From Deltaproteobacteria bacterium (lineage in GTDB: Bacteria; Desulfobacterota; Binatia; UTPRO1): a DNA stretch of 64,000 nt. A program made the translations under genes and the position numbers. Within the stretch, counting starts at the first letter, position 1, and each line of letters begins with the position of its first letter. Shown here in pieces: positions 26,849 to 36,718 of the stretch. Below the pieces are notes generated by a model. The model was not told the DNA's origin, did no database searches, and was given only the letters and a program-made list of their open reading frames with translations. The stretch spans positions 207,185 to 271,184 of the forward strand of contig JADLHM010000098.1 of assembly GCA_020848745.1 (NCBI GenBank), given 5' to 3'.

Positions 26849-28468
26849 CTACGGCATCGCGTCGTAGACGCCGGACCAGAACTCGCACTCGGTCCGCCGG
26901 AATTGCTTGATGCGCTTGATGCCGTTCGCGATCTCGGGGGCGTCGAAGCGCAGCATCGGCCAGGGGCGCTCCTTGAAGCGCGGCCACGCCGCGCTCTTGG
27001 TGGCGCCCGGATTGCGGCCCTTGCGGGCGAAGCTCGTCCAGTACTCCTGCATGCGGCTGCCGAGCTGGGCATCGAAGAAGTTCGGAGCCGGGACGGAGTT
27101 GAAGACGTACGGGATCTCGGCGCCGTGGAACGCGCCGAGGTCGAGGATGTTCACGAACGGCAGCGGAATGACGCGCGCGAAGTTGTAGACGTAGGTGCGC
27201 GGATTCTTCGCCGCCGACACGCGCCGCGCGACGTCGATCGTCGGGCAGACGAGCGTGGCGTCGCCGACGACGCGGACGAACGCGTCCTGCGGCGTCGGGA
27301 AGCTCGTGACGGGGTAGACGGCCTCGACCTGCGGCGCGAGCGCGCCGTAGCGGGCGGTGAGGGCGGCGGTGTACTCGGCGGGGGTCGCGATCGGCGTGGA
27401 GCCGATGAAGAACAGGGTCCCTTCGTCCGAGTTGAACCCGAGCATGTACGGCACGTGGGAGAAGGCGCCGGTGTCGAAGAGCGTCCGCGGGTGCGCGGGA
27501 AGGAACGCGCCGTCGATCGAGATCGGCGTCCCGGCGAGCTCGACGTTCCCGAAGGCGTCGAGCAGCGCGGCGACCGGAGCGGCCCGCAGGCACGCCAGGA
27601 CGTCGAGCGCGCCGTCGCATCCGACCGCCGCCGTGATGCCGTCGGCGCGGGTCGCGCTCTCGGCGGCCGTCGCGATGCCCGCCGTACAGCCGCCGCTCTC
27701 GCTGATCGCGCGGTGGAAGAGCCCGCGCGACGTCGGCGACGCGACGTGCGCGCACACGTTCCACGCGCCGGCCGACTCGCCGAAGATCGTCACGTTCGCG
27801 GGATCGCCGCCGAAGGCGAGGATGTTGTCGCGCACCCACTCGAGCGCGAGCCGTTGGTCGAGGAGCCCCTGGTTCCCCGTGTACGGGTACCCGGGATCCT
27901 CGCCTGCCAGCGCCGCGTGTCCGAAGAACCCGAACACGCCGAGTCGGTAGTTCATGCTCACGACGACGACGTTGCGGTCGCCGGCGAGATTGTGCGCGTC
28001 GTACAGGCGGTAGCTTTCGTAGGGTGGGAACGGGACGAAGTTGCCCGAGGCGCCCGCGACGTCGCCGCCGCCGTGGATCCACACCATGACCGGCAGCGGC
28101 TCGGCGGGCGCCGGATCCGGCGTCCAGACGTTCAGGTACAGACAGTCCTCGCTGTCGCTGCCGTCGCTCGTGAGCGAATCCAGCTGGGCGCAGGCGGGCG
28201 GATACGACGACGCGTCGAGCGCGCCGACCCAGGGCGCGTTCGGCACCGGCGGCCGCCACCGGAGCACGCCGACCGGGGGCGCCGCATAGGGAATCCCCAG
28301 GAACTCGCGCGCCGCGCCGTTGACGTGGCCCTGCACCGGGCCGTCGGCGAGCGTGATCGACGTGCCGGTCTGGATGCCCTGGGCGCGCGCGGCGACGGGC
28401 GCCGCGGCCGCGATGGCGATCGTCAGCACGGCGAGCCGCAGCATGCGAGGATACCGAACGAAGTTCAT
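26849..28468 (-). CDS. Secreted carboxylesterase type B (para-nitrobenzyl esterase-like)
   Basis: Internal ATG gives signal peptide MNFVRYPRMLRLAVLTIAIAAAAPVAARA; EDCLYLNVW, GESAG motifs. Confidence 0.8.
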   Translation of the reverse strand: MNFVRYPRMLRLAVLTIAIAAAAPVAARAQGIQTGTSITLADGPVQGHVNGAAREFLGIPYAAPPVGVLRWRPPVPNAPWVGALDASSYPPACAQLDSLTSDGSDSEDCLYLNVWTPDPAPAEPLPVMVWIHGGGDVAGASGNFVPFPPYESYRLYDAHNLAGDRNVVVVSMNYRLGVFGFFGHAALAGEDPGYPYTGNQGLLDQRLALEWVRDNILAFGGDPANVTIFGESAGAWNVCAHVASPTSRGLFHRAISESGGCTAGIATAAESATRADGITAAVGCDGALDVLACLRAAPVAALLDAFGNVELAGTPISIDGAFLPAHPRTLFDTGAFSHVPYMLGFNSDEGTLFFIGSTPIATPAEYTAALTARYGALAPQVEAVYPVTSFPTPQDAFVRVVGDATLVCPTIDVARRVSAAKNPRTYVYNFARVIPLPFVNILDLGAFHGAEIPYVFNSVPAPNFFDAQLGSRMQEYWTSFARKGRNPGATKSAAWPRFKERPWPMLRFDAPEIANGIKRIKQFRRTECEFWSGVYDAMP

Positions 28469-28659
28469 GGTGGGCTCTCCCTTTGTGACGCGAGGCGCGG
28501 CAACGTGTCGCGGGCGCATCGGATCGGCGAAGTCGTCACACCGTAGGCGAAGCGCCTCGGGATCGGCAAGCGAAATCTCGGGCGAAACGAGCGACCGTGC
28601 GCCGAAGTGTCTCAGTGCAATTCTCGCAAGGCGGAGTGATGCGGAAGCGGTGGCCGCAG

Positions 28660-28787
28660 GTGGGCGGGTCGAGGCGGGCCTCTACGGTCGCCGGGGTCCT
28701 GCCACCCGGCGCGTACGACCCGCCGGTGCTTCTCTGTCTTGTGCACGACGCGAGCTGCGGCTCCCCGAGGTCCGCCCCGACCCACCC
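28660..28787. repeat. ~130-bp hairpin-forming MITE-like element, copy A (termini GTGGGCGGGTCGAGG...GAGGTCCGCCCCGACCCACCC)
   Basis: Read directly; ~20-bp terminal inverted repeats; inverted copy of 28908..29037 (35-bp identical core CTACGGTCGCCGGGGTCCTGCCACCCGGCGCGTAC at 28682-28716 vs reverse complement of 28981-29015). Confidence 0.6.
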
Positions 28788-28907
28788 GTCTGCCGCAGCA
28801 GACCTCATTCTTCGTGATTCTTCGTGCGGGCATCTTCGTGCCGCCGTCGGATGCGGCACGGCGAGTCGGCGCGCTGGTCGCTCGGGCCGTGCTGCGACGC
28901 TTCGGCG

Positions 28908-29037
28908 GTGGGTGGGTCCAGGATGGTGCCGGGGAGCGGCAGCTCGCGTTGTGCGCAGGCCAGGGCGGCACCGGCGAGCTGTACGCGCCGGGTGGCAGGA
29001 CCCCGGCGACCGTAGGCACTATCCTGGACCCACCCAC
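28908..29037. repeat. ~130-bp hairpin-forming MITE-like element, copy B (inverted orientation)
   Basis: Termini GTGGGTGGGTCCAGGATGGTGCC ... GGCACTATCCTGGACCCACCCAC (22-bp stem, 1 mismatch); overall ~75-80% identical to reverse complement of copy A. Confidence 0.6.
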
Positions 29038-29158
29038 CGCCGACACCGAACGCAGGCGGCTTGCGACAGACCGAGGCTCTGCTGCATGATCGAACCGAGG
29101 CGCCACCCGTGCGCCGCCGACTTGCAACACGGGGCGCCGACCGGCAGCCTGGCCTGTC

Positions 29159-32100
29159 ATGGCGCGTCCGGTGGAGGATGACGGCGGCAGGCCCCCGGTC
29201 GATGCGCTGCGCGGGGTGGTCGCGAAGCTGCGCGCGTTCCCGCCGATGGTGCGGCATCGCGGCCAGGAGTACGCCCGGAGCGGCCGCGTCGGACGACTGA
29301 TCTTCGAGGACGATGCCGTACGCGCCAAGGTGCACGGCTCGCGGCTCTACGACGCGGCGTGGTCGTGGGGGCGCCTCGACGCGAGCCGGCCGGCGTGCTC
29401 GTGTCCGGTCGGACCCTACTGCAAGCACGCCTACGCGCTCGCGTGCTGCCTGCTCGCCGCGGCGCACGAGGAGCACGGCTTCGTCGATCCGCGCCTGGCG
29501 CAATTCCTGCCCGCCGGCCTCGTTCCGAAGGATGGCGCGGTCGTACCGATCGCGTCGGGAGGAGCCGGCGGCGAGCGGCGCCGCGAGGCCGCGGCGCGCA
29601 CGTCGTCGTCGGCGCGCTCGGCGTCGGCGCCTTCGTCCACGCTCGAGCGCCTGCGCGCGGCGCCGCCGGGATGGCAGCGCGAGCACGCGCTCGAGCGGCT
29701 GCTCGCGGGCGGTCCGGCGCGCGGGCTCTCGGGCTACCTGCCGCCGTTTCCCGAGATCCTCGAAGAAGAGGATCCGGACCTCATGTGCTGGCGGCTCGCG
29801 CAGGAGATCCAGACGCGTGCCGAGGGTTGGCTGCCGCGCGAGCTCGGGCCCTACCGCGATCGTCCCGACCTGGCTGCGCGCCACGCCGAGCGGGCACGCG
29901 CCGAGCTGCTGGAAGAGCTCGCGTCGTGGGCGCGGCGGCGCGCCGCCGTCACGCCGCGCAGCTTGCGGCTCCTGTTCGGCCTCGTCGACCGCCCCGGCGT
30001 CGGCCCGACGGTTACCGTCGAGGCGCGCGTCACGAGCACGCAGATGAACGACGAGCCGCGCTCGCTGATGCAGCTCGTCCAGCTCCGGACGCAGGTGCAT
30101 CGGACGCCGGGCGTGCTGCCGGCCGACCAGGCCGCGGCGCTCGACTGGCTCTGCGACCACAACGTCGGGGGCCGGCACGACTACTACGCCGGGCAGACCG
30201 GCATCGCGCCGGCGTTGCTGGCGCGCCTCCTCGAGCGGGTGACGAGCCTGCCCTTCGTCGCCTGGCGCGACGACATCGAGCCCGGGCTCGCGGCGGCGGC
30301 CGGCGTGCGCGCCGGCGACCCCGTCCGGCTCGGCGGCGACCTCGTACGCTATCTGCCGGCCTCGGTCACGCGCGAGGGCGAGGTGTGGGTCGATCTCCGC
30401 TTCGTCTGGCCCGACGGGCGCGAGCACCGCCGCGAGGACGCCGTCTATCTGCGCGATCCCGGCGGCTGGTCGCCGTCGGGCCGTGTGAGCCTCGTGCTCG
30501 CCGACGGCGCCTTCTGGGTCGTCGGCGAGGAGCCGCCCGAGTCGGTCGTCGAGCTCTTCGCGGCCTCGGGCGGTCTGCCGCTTCCCGAGGAGTCGCGCGC
30601 CGAGACGCTCGGGCTCCTCGCGACGAGCTTCCCGCACCTCGAAGCGTCGCTCGTCGCGCACACGCGGACGCACGCGGTCACGCCGATCGTCGCGCTCGAT
30701 CTCCGCGCCGACGACTGGATCCAGCTCCGCGTGTTCGCGCGCGCCGCTGCCGCCGACGCGGCGGACGTCGCGTTCGAGTACCTTCCCGAGGGGCGCTGGG
30801 CGCGCTGCCCGCGGAGCGCGCTGCCGGGCGGCGTCGGGATCGACGGCCTCGCGGCGTTCCAGCCCGATGCCGCGCCGCCGGGCGCCGCCGCGGCGGACCA
30901 CGCGGCCGATGCGCCGAGCGACGGCCCGCCGGCGCCGATCGAGGTCTGGCTCGACGTCCCGCGCGGCGAGGACGTCGCGCCGCTCGTGGCCTGGCTCGAG
31001 GAGACCGGCGCGGCCGCGGGCGCGCGCCGCGGCCCCGGAGGCGTCGCGCCCCCCGACGACGCGCGCGAGCGCGGCTGGTGGATCTTCTGCGGCCGGCGCC
31101 GGATGGAGCGCTTCGCCGACGTGTGGGAGATGCGGCCGCCGGGCGTCGATTGGTACGGTTCCGAGCGCGCGCGGCGCCTCCTCGCCGGGGCCCAGCGCGT
31201 CGCGCCGCGCGTCCGCATCGAGGCGAGCGGCGTCGACTGGTTCAAGGTATCGGCGGCGTGGGAAGCGGAGGGTCGCGAGCTTTCCGACGCCGACCTGGCG
31301 AAGCTCCGCGCCGCGATGACCCGTTTCGTGAAGCTCGACTCGGGCTGGGTGCGCCGCGACGTGACCGCGAGCTTCGACGAGATGAGCACGCTGCTTGCCG
31401 ACCTCGGTCTCGAGCTCGGCGACGAGCCGCAGCAGGTGACGGTGTGGCAGCTCGCGGGCGCCGATCCCGAGTCGCTTGCGAGCCTCGAGCGGCTCGGCAC
31501 CGACGCCGAGACGCTCGCTGCGGCGCGGACGTTGCGGGAGCGAGTGGCGGGCTTCACCGGCCTGCCGACCGTCACGCCGCCGTCCGAGTTCACAGGCGAG
31601 CTCCGTCCGTACCAGCAGGCCGGATTCGACTTCCTCGCGCACGCGTCGTCCCTCGGCGTCGGCGCGATCCTCGCCGACGACATGGGGCTCGGGAAGACCG
31701 TGCAGGCGCTCGCGTGGCTCACGCATCTCCGGCGCCTGGACCCGCTCGGCGGGCCGAGCCTGGTCGCCTGCCCGGCGTCGGTCGTCCACAACTGGGCGCG
31801 CGAGGCCGAGCGTTTCGCGCCGTCGCTGCGCGTGCTGCTGCTGACGAGCGGCGAGGGCCGACACGCCGCGTGGAACGCGATCGCCGACCACGACCTCGTC
31901 GTCACGAACTACGCGCTCCTGCGGCGCGACGCGGAGCGCTGGCGCGCGATCGATCTCCGCGCGGTGATCCTCGACGAGGCGCAGAACATCAAGAATCCGA
32001 GCGCCGCGGTGACGCGCGCCGCGACCGCGCTCCGCGCCCGCCATCGCCTCGCGCTCACCGGCACGCCGCTCGAGAACCGCGCGCTCGACCTCTGGAGCAT

Positions 32101-32980
32101 CGCGTCCTTCGTGAATCCGGGCTACCTCGGGAACCGCACCGCGTTCGGCGAACGCTACGACGGTCCCGAGGCGCCGCCGTACGCGCGCACGCTCCTCTCC
32201 GCGAAGCTCCGTCCGATGTTGCTGCGACGCACCAAGCGCGCGGTCGCGCCGGATCTGCCGCCGCGCATCGAGGAGCGGCGCGACTGCGAGCTCACCAAGG
32301 GGCAGCGCCATCTCTATCTCGCCGAGCTCCGCCGCAGCCGCGCGCTCGTCGAGGCGCTCGCGGCGGCGCCGGGCGGCGTCGAGCGCAACAAGATCACCGT
32401 GCTCGCCGCGCTCACGCGGCTCCGGCAGATCTGCTGCCATCCGGCGCTCGCGGGCGGCGACCCCGGCCTCGGGTCGGGAAAGGTCGAGGCGCTCGTCGAG
32501 CTCCTGGAGCCGCTCCTCGCCGAGGGGCACAAGGTCCTCGTGTTCTCGCAGTTCGTGAGCCTGCTGAAGCTCCTCCAGCCGGCGCTCGCGGCGCGGGGCG
32601 TGAAGCAGCACTTCCTGAGCGGCCAGACCCAGAGGCGCGAGCAGGTGGTCGCCGCCTTCCAGAACGATCCGGAGCCGTGCGTCTTCCTGGTGTCGCTGAA
32701 GGCGGGCGGTACGGGGCTGAACCTCACCGCCGCGAGCTACGTCGTGCTCTTCGACCCGTGGTGGAATCCCGCGGTCGAGGCGCAGGCGATCGACCGCTCG
32801 CACCGGATCGGCCAGGATCAGACCGTGATCGCCTACCGCCTGCTCGTCCGCGGCACGATCGAGGAGAAGATCTGGGAGCTCCAGCAGCGCAAGGCCGCCC
32901 TCTCGCGCGAGCTCCTCGGCGAGGACGGCTTCGCGCGCGCGCTCGACCGCGACGCCCTCCAGTTCCTGTTGGAGGAGTGA
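29159..32980 (+). CDS. SNF2/Rad54-family helicase with N-terminal SWIM zinc finger
   Basis: SWIM CxCx(n)CxH (CSCPVGPYCKHAYALAC); SNF2_N motifs LRPYQQAGFDFL, GLGKTVQALA, DEAQNIKN; helicase C motifs LKAGGTGLNLT, DRSHRIGQ. Confidence 0.85.
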   Translation: MARPVEDDGGRPPVDALRGVVAKLRAFPPMVRHRGQEYARSGRVGRLIFEDDAVRAKVHGSRLYDAAWSWGRLDASRPACSCPVGPYCKHAYALACCLLAAAHEEHGFVDPRLAQFLPAGLVPKDGAVVPIASGGAGGERRREAAARTSSSARSASAPSSTLERLRAAPPGWQREHALERLLAGGPARGLSGYLPPFPEILEEEDPDLMCWRLAQEIQTRAEGWLPRELGPYRDRPDLAARHAERARAELLEELASWARRRAAVTPRSLRLLFGLVDRPGVGPTVTVEARVTSTQMNDEPRSLMQLVQLRTQVHRTPGVLPADQAAALDWLCDHNVGGRHDYYAGQTGIAPALLARLLERVTSLPFVAWRDDIEPGLAAAAGVRAGDPVRLGGDLVRYLPASVTREGEVWVDLRFVWPDGREHRREDAVYLRDPGGWSPSGRVSLVLADGAFWVVGEEPPESVVELFAASGGLPLPEESRAETLGLLATSFPHLEASLVAHTRTHAVTPIVALDLRADDWIQLRVFARAAAADAADVAFEYLPEGRWARCPRSALPGGVGIDGLAAFQPDAAPPGAAAADHAADAPSDGPPAPIEVWLDVPRGEDVAPLVAWLEETGAAAGARRGPGGVAPPDDARERGWWIFCGRRRMERFADVWEMRPPGVDWYGSERARRLLAGAQRVAPRVRIEASGVDWFKVSAAWEAEGRELSDADLAKLRAAMTRFVKLDSGWVRRDVTASFDEMSTLLADLGLELGDEPQQVTVWQLAGADPESLASLERLGTDAETLAAARTLRERVAGFTGLPTVTPPSEFTGELRPYQQAGFDFLAHASSLGVGAILADDMGLGKTVQALAWLTHLRRLDPLGGPSLVACPASVVHNWAREAERFAPSLRVLLLTSGEGRHAAWNAIADHDLVVTNYALLRRDAERWRAIDLRAVILDEAQNIKNPSAAVTRAATALRARHRLALTGTPLENRALDLWSIASFVNPGYLGNRTAFGERYDGPEAPPYARTLLSAKLRPMLLRRTKRAVAPDLPPRIEERRDCELTKGQRHLYLAELRRSRALVEALAAAPGGVERNKITVLAALTRLRQICCHPALAGGDPGLGSGKVEALVELLEPLLAEGHKVLVFSQFVSLLKLLQPALAARGVKQHFLSGQTQRREQVVAAFQNDPEPCVFLVSLKAGGTGLNLTAASYVVLFDPWWNPAVEAQAIDRSHRIGQDQTVIAYRLLVRGTIEEKIWELQQRKAALSRELLGEDGFARALDRDALQFLLEE

Positions 32981-33093
32981 CCCGAGAATCGCGGAAACCA
33001 ATTGACGGCGCACGGGGCCCTTTGGCAGGGTGCGGGAGGATCGCGGCGCCGTGTCGGATGCGATCCCCCACCTCAGTCGAACAGGAGATCCCG

Positions 33094-34776
33094 ATGCGCC
33101 GTCTGCTCCATGCCGTGCTCGCCCTCTGCGCCGTTTCCGTCGTGGGAGCGGGGATCGCCGCCGCGGGCCCGTCGCCCGCGCGCAAGTGCCAGGCGGCCAA
33201 GCTGAAGGCGGCCGGGAAGGCGTGCGAGTGCCGCCACGCCGTCGCCGCGAAGGCGCTCGCGAGCGGCGCCACGCCGGACTTCACGAAGTGCGCCGGCAAG
33301 CTCGCCGACGCCTTCGCCAAGGCGGAGGCCAAGGGCTCGTGTCCAGCGACCGGCGAGGACGCGACGGTCGACGGCCGCCTCGTCGATCTCGTGACCGATC
33401 TCTCGACGTCGTTGCAAGCGAGCGGCGCGACGGGCGACGCCGCGGCGTGCGTCGCCGCGAAGCTCAAGGCGGCGGGCAAGGAGTGCGCCTGCCTCCAGAA
33501 GGTCCAAGCGACGGCGACGCTGAAGGGGATGACGCCGGACTTCTCGACGTGCGACGCGAAGCTCGCCGCGGCGTACGGCAAGGCGGAGACCAAGGGCGCA
33601 GGGGCCTGTCCCACCAGCGGCGACGGCGGCACCGTCGGGGACGACGTGCGCGCGTCGTGCGCGGAGGTCGAGGCCGACGTCGCCGACCGCGACACGTCCA
33701 CGTACTCGCAGCCCGGTCCGTACGGCGTCGGCGTGCGTACGGTCACGCTGATCGACACGTTGCGTGCAACTCCGCCGAACGGGTCGTACGCGGGCGCGCC
33801 CGAGCGGACCCTCGTCACCGAGATCTGGTACCCGGCCGCGCCGAACGGCGTGAACGAGGCCTCGAACGTCGCGATTGCGCCGAACGGCGGCGCCTTCCCG
33901 TTGATCGTCCGCGCCCACGGCTTCTCCGGCTTGCGGCGCGATTCCACCTACATCGTGCGCCAGCTCGCGAGCTGGGGCTACGTCGTCGTGGCGCCCGACT
34001 TCCCGCTCTCGAACCTGAGCGCCCCCGGCGGTCCGACCCTCGCCGACATCGGCAACCAGGCGGGCGACGTGTCGTTCCTCATCGACCACTTCCTCGCCGA
34101 GAACGCCAACGGCACGAGCTTCCTCTTCGAGCGCATCGACGCGTCCCGCATCGGCGCGATCGGTCACTCGCTCGGCGGCGCGACCGTGCTCCTCGCAACG
34201 TACCACGCGACGCTCCGGGATCCGCGCATCGACGCCGCGGTCGCCCTCTCGCCGCTCGGCTGCATGTTCCTCGACGGCTTCTTCGACGCTTCCACCGCGC
34301 CGCTCCTCATCGAAGGCGGCACGGTCGACATGATCACGCGGTACGCGAGCAATCACCTCCAGCCGTATGGCTTCGTGAACGCGCCGAAGTACCTCATGAC
34401 CTTCGACGGCGGCACGCACCTCGGCTTTTCGGATCGCCTCCTCTTCAACCAGAACGAGAACGGCGACGACGCGGTCGGCTGCAGCATCTTCGTGGGGCCG
34501 GGCGACCCGCGGCCGGTCACCTTCGAGGCCAATCTGCCGCCGGACTTCCTCGGCGGCCCGGCCCTCGGCATCGACCCGAGCGGCTCGCTCTGCGAGCCCA
34601 TCTGCCCGCTCCCGCCGCCGAGCTTCATGCTGCACGGCCGTCAGAACGCGCTCGCGAAGGCGGGGTCGGTGGCGTTCTTCGAGGCGAAGCTCCGCGGCAG
34701 CGTGTCGGGCGGGCGGATGATCACGGGCCGGATCGACGCGGACAACGCCGACCTCTCGCTCGCCTACGAGGAGTAG
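33094..34776 (+). CDS. Secreted protein: tandem 4-Cys Lys/Ala-rich N-terminal modules + alpha/beta hydrolase domain
   Basis: ATG 33094 with AGGAGA RBS; signal MRRLLHAVLALCAVSVVGAGIAAA; two copies of KCxAAKLKAAGKxCxC...TPDFxxCxxKLAxAxxKAExKGxxxCP; IGHSLGG nucleophile elbow. Confidence 0.75.
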   Translation: MRRLLHAVLALCAVSVVGAGIAAAGPSPARKCQAAKLKAAGKACECRHAVAAKALASGATPDFTKCAGKLADAFAKAEAKGSCPATGEDATVDGRLVDLVTDLSTSLQASGATGDAAACVAAKLKAAGKECACLQKVQATATLKGMTPDFSTCDAKLAAAYGKAETKGAGACPTSGDGGTVGDDVRASCAEVEADVADRDTSTYSQPGPYGVGVRTVTLIDTLRATPPNGSYAGAPERTLVTEIWYPAAPNGVNEASNVAIAPNGGAFPLIVRAHGFSGLRRDSTYIVRQLASWGYVVVAPDFPLSNLSAPGGPTLADIGNQAGDVSFLIDHFLAENANGTSFLFERIDASRIGAIGHSLGGATVLLATYHATLRDPRIDAAVALSPLGCMFLDGFFDASTAPLLIEGGTVDMITRYASNHLQPYGFVNAPKYLMTFDGGTHLGFSDRLLFNQNENGDDAVGCSIFVGPGDPRPVTFEANLPPDFLGGPALGIDPSGSLCEPICPLPPPSFMLHGRQNALAKAGSVAFFEAKLRGSVSGGRMITGRIDADNADLSLAYEE

Positions 34777-34933
34777 CACCGCGGCGATCGTGCACGGAGC
34801 GTCGGCGCCCCGCGCATTGACACCCAATGAAGGCCGTCGGTATGGTCCCCGCGCTCCGAGGGGGGATCGACACGCACCACGGGCGCCGCTCCAGGCGTCG
34901 CTCCCGCATCACGGGCTCGAAAGGGGTCGTCCG

Positions 34934-36229
34934 ATGTCCAAGGTCACGCCGCTTCGCTTCACCGCCGCACTGACGCTCGCCTGCGGTCTCGCGCTCGGCT
35001 CCCCTCCCGTCGGCCGTGCGGAGGTGCAGCCGGGCGACATGATCACCAAGGAGAACCAGGACAAGATCAAAGGGCTCGTCGCCGACGGCGTGCAGTGGTG
35101 CGTGAACCGCGGGATGGAGATGAAGATCGTCCCGACCAAGAAGATCCCGCTGCCGAAGCTCTATCAGGAGGCCACCGAGAAGTACGCCTCCCAGGTGAAG
35201 CTCAAGGAGGACCAGACGCTCGAGGGGTACGTCGCGGGCCGGCCGTTCCCTCAGGTCGACATGGCCGATCCGAAGGCGGCGACGAAGCTCATGTACAACT
35301 TCGAGCGCACCCACTACTTCACCGACGACCTTGCGCTCCATCTCTTCGACGCCGACACCGGCCAGCTGCAGGTCGATCAGGGCGGCAACCAACGCTACAC
35401 CGTCGAGCGCCACTTCGTGCTCGATTGGCTCCGCGCCCTCCAGTTCACCGGCCGCCTCCACATCGACCCGAAGCCGGAGATCGAACCGAACAAGGACGGT
35501 GCGTTTCGCAAGGCCGGTCTCTATCCCGTGGTCGAGCCGTTCGACCTGAAGGGCATCGGTGGCCTCAACTACCGCTACCTCGACCCGCTCCGGCAGGACG
35601 ACCTCTGGCTCTACCTGCCGAGCCTGCGCCGCGTGCGTCGCCTCTCGAGCGCGCAGCGCTCCGAGGCGCTCTTCGGGCAGGACATCGACGTCGACAGCTA
35701 CGGCGGCTACGCGGGGCAGATCCCGTGGTTCACGTGGAAGCTCCTCACCAAGAAGCCGATGCTCGCGTCGCTCCACGGCGAGAACATGCCGCCGGTGCCG
35801 TGCAAGACCGACGGCGGTATGACCTTCTGCGAGGCCTGGGAGATGCGGCCGGAAGTGCTCGTCGTCGAGGGCACGCCGAAGGCCGACGCGTACGCGTATT
35901 CGAAGCGCGTCATCTACCTCGACCACGAGAGCTTCTTCATCGTCTACACCGACCTCTACGATCGTGGCGGCGAGCTCTGGAAGACGGTCATGCAGAGCAT
36001 CCGCACGTCGAACAGGCCGAATCCGAAGGTCAATTTCGAGTATCCCGAGGAACGCATGTTCATCTACGCGTTCACGGTGGTCGACATGCAGCTCGAGCAC
36101 GGCACGCGCGTCGCGATCCCGGGCATGGCGTTCCAGGACGAGCCCGGCTGGTACGTCGACGTCGGTCCGAAGTACGGCGGCGAGGAGGAGTGGTTCACGA
36201 TCGCCGCGCTCATCAGCGCGGGGCATTGA
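34934..36229 (+). CDS. Secreted hypothetical protein (possibly DUF1329/LolA-like family; tentative)
   Basis: ATG 34934 with AAAGGGG RBS; signal MSKVTPLRFTAALTLACGLALG; non-repetitive composition; family assignment from memory only. Confidence 0.6.
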   Translation: MSKVTPLRFTAALTLACGLALGSPPVGRAEVQPGDMITKENQDKIKGLVADGVQWCVNRGMEMKIVPTKKIPLPKLYQEATEKYASQVKLKEDQTLEGYVAGRPFPQVDMADPKAATKLMYNFERTHYFTDDLALHLFDADTGQLQVDQGGNQRYTVERHFVLDWLRALQFTGRLHIDPKPEIEPNKDGAFRKAGLYPVVEPFDLKGIGGLNYRYLDPLRQDDLWLYLPSLRRVRRLSSAQRSEALFGQDIDVDSYGGYAGQIPWFTWKLLTKKPMLASLHGENMPPVPCKTDGGMTFCEAWEMRPEVLVVEGTPKADAYAYSKRVIYLDHESFFIVYTDLYDRGGELWKTVMQSIRTSNRPNPKVNFEYPEERMFIYAFTVVDMQLEHGTRVAIPGMAFQDEPGWYVDVGPKYGGEEEWFTIAALISAGH

Positions 36230-36272
36230 GCGGGCGGCGATTCACGGCCCCCGATTCGCCGACGGTGCCGGC

Positions 36273-36680
36273 ATGCCTCCGCGCCTCACGCACATAGCGC
36301 TCCGGGCGGCCGACCTCGACCTCTCGATCGACTTCTACGCGCGCTATGCCGGTCTCGTCGTCGCCCACGAGCGCGACGAGAAGGGAACGCGCGTGGTCTG
36401 GCTCGCCGAGCGCGCGGAGGATCCCGCCTTCGTCTTCGTGCTGATCCCGATGGCGCACTCCGAAGGCGAGCGCTCCGGCGTGCACCACTTCGGGTTCTCG
36501 GTCGCGCGCCGCGACGACGTCGACGCGCTCGCCGCGCGGGCGCGCGCCGAGGGCATCCTGCGCGAGGGACCGCGCGACGCCGGGCCGGTGGTCGGCTACT
36601 TCTGCATCGTCGAGGATCCGGACCGGAACTGGGTCGAGTTCTCCTTCGGCCAGCCGATCAATCCGCGCGCGCTCGCGTAG
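36273..36680 (+). CDS. VOC/glyoxalase family protein
   Basis: THIALRAADLDLSIDFY..., HHFGFSV, WVEF pattern; 135 aa. Confidence 0.7.
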   Translation: MPPRLTHIALRAADLDLSIDFYARYAGLVVAHERDEKGTRVVWLAERAEDPAFVFVLIPMAHSEGERSGVHHFGFSVARRDDVDALAARARAEGILREGPRDAGPVVGYFCIVEDPDRNWVEFSFGQPINPRALA

Positions 36681-36718
36681 CCGCGACGCGGCGCGTGCGT
36701 ACCCTTCGCGTTCGGCCG

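Noticed and set aside
29359-34776. 1805-aa composite plus ORF
   Set aside because: Only the last 560 codons (from ATG 33094, with RBS and signal peptide) form a plausible protein. The upstream part is an out-of-frame shadow of the SNF2 gene.
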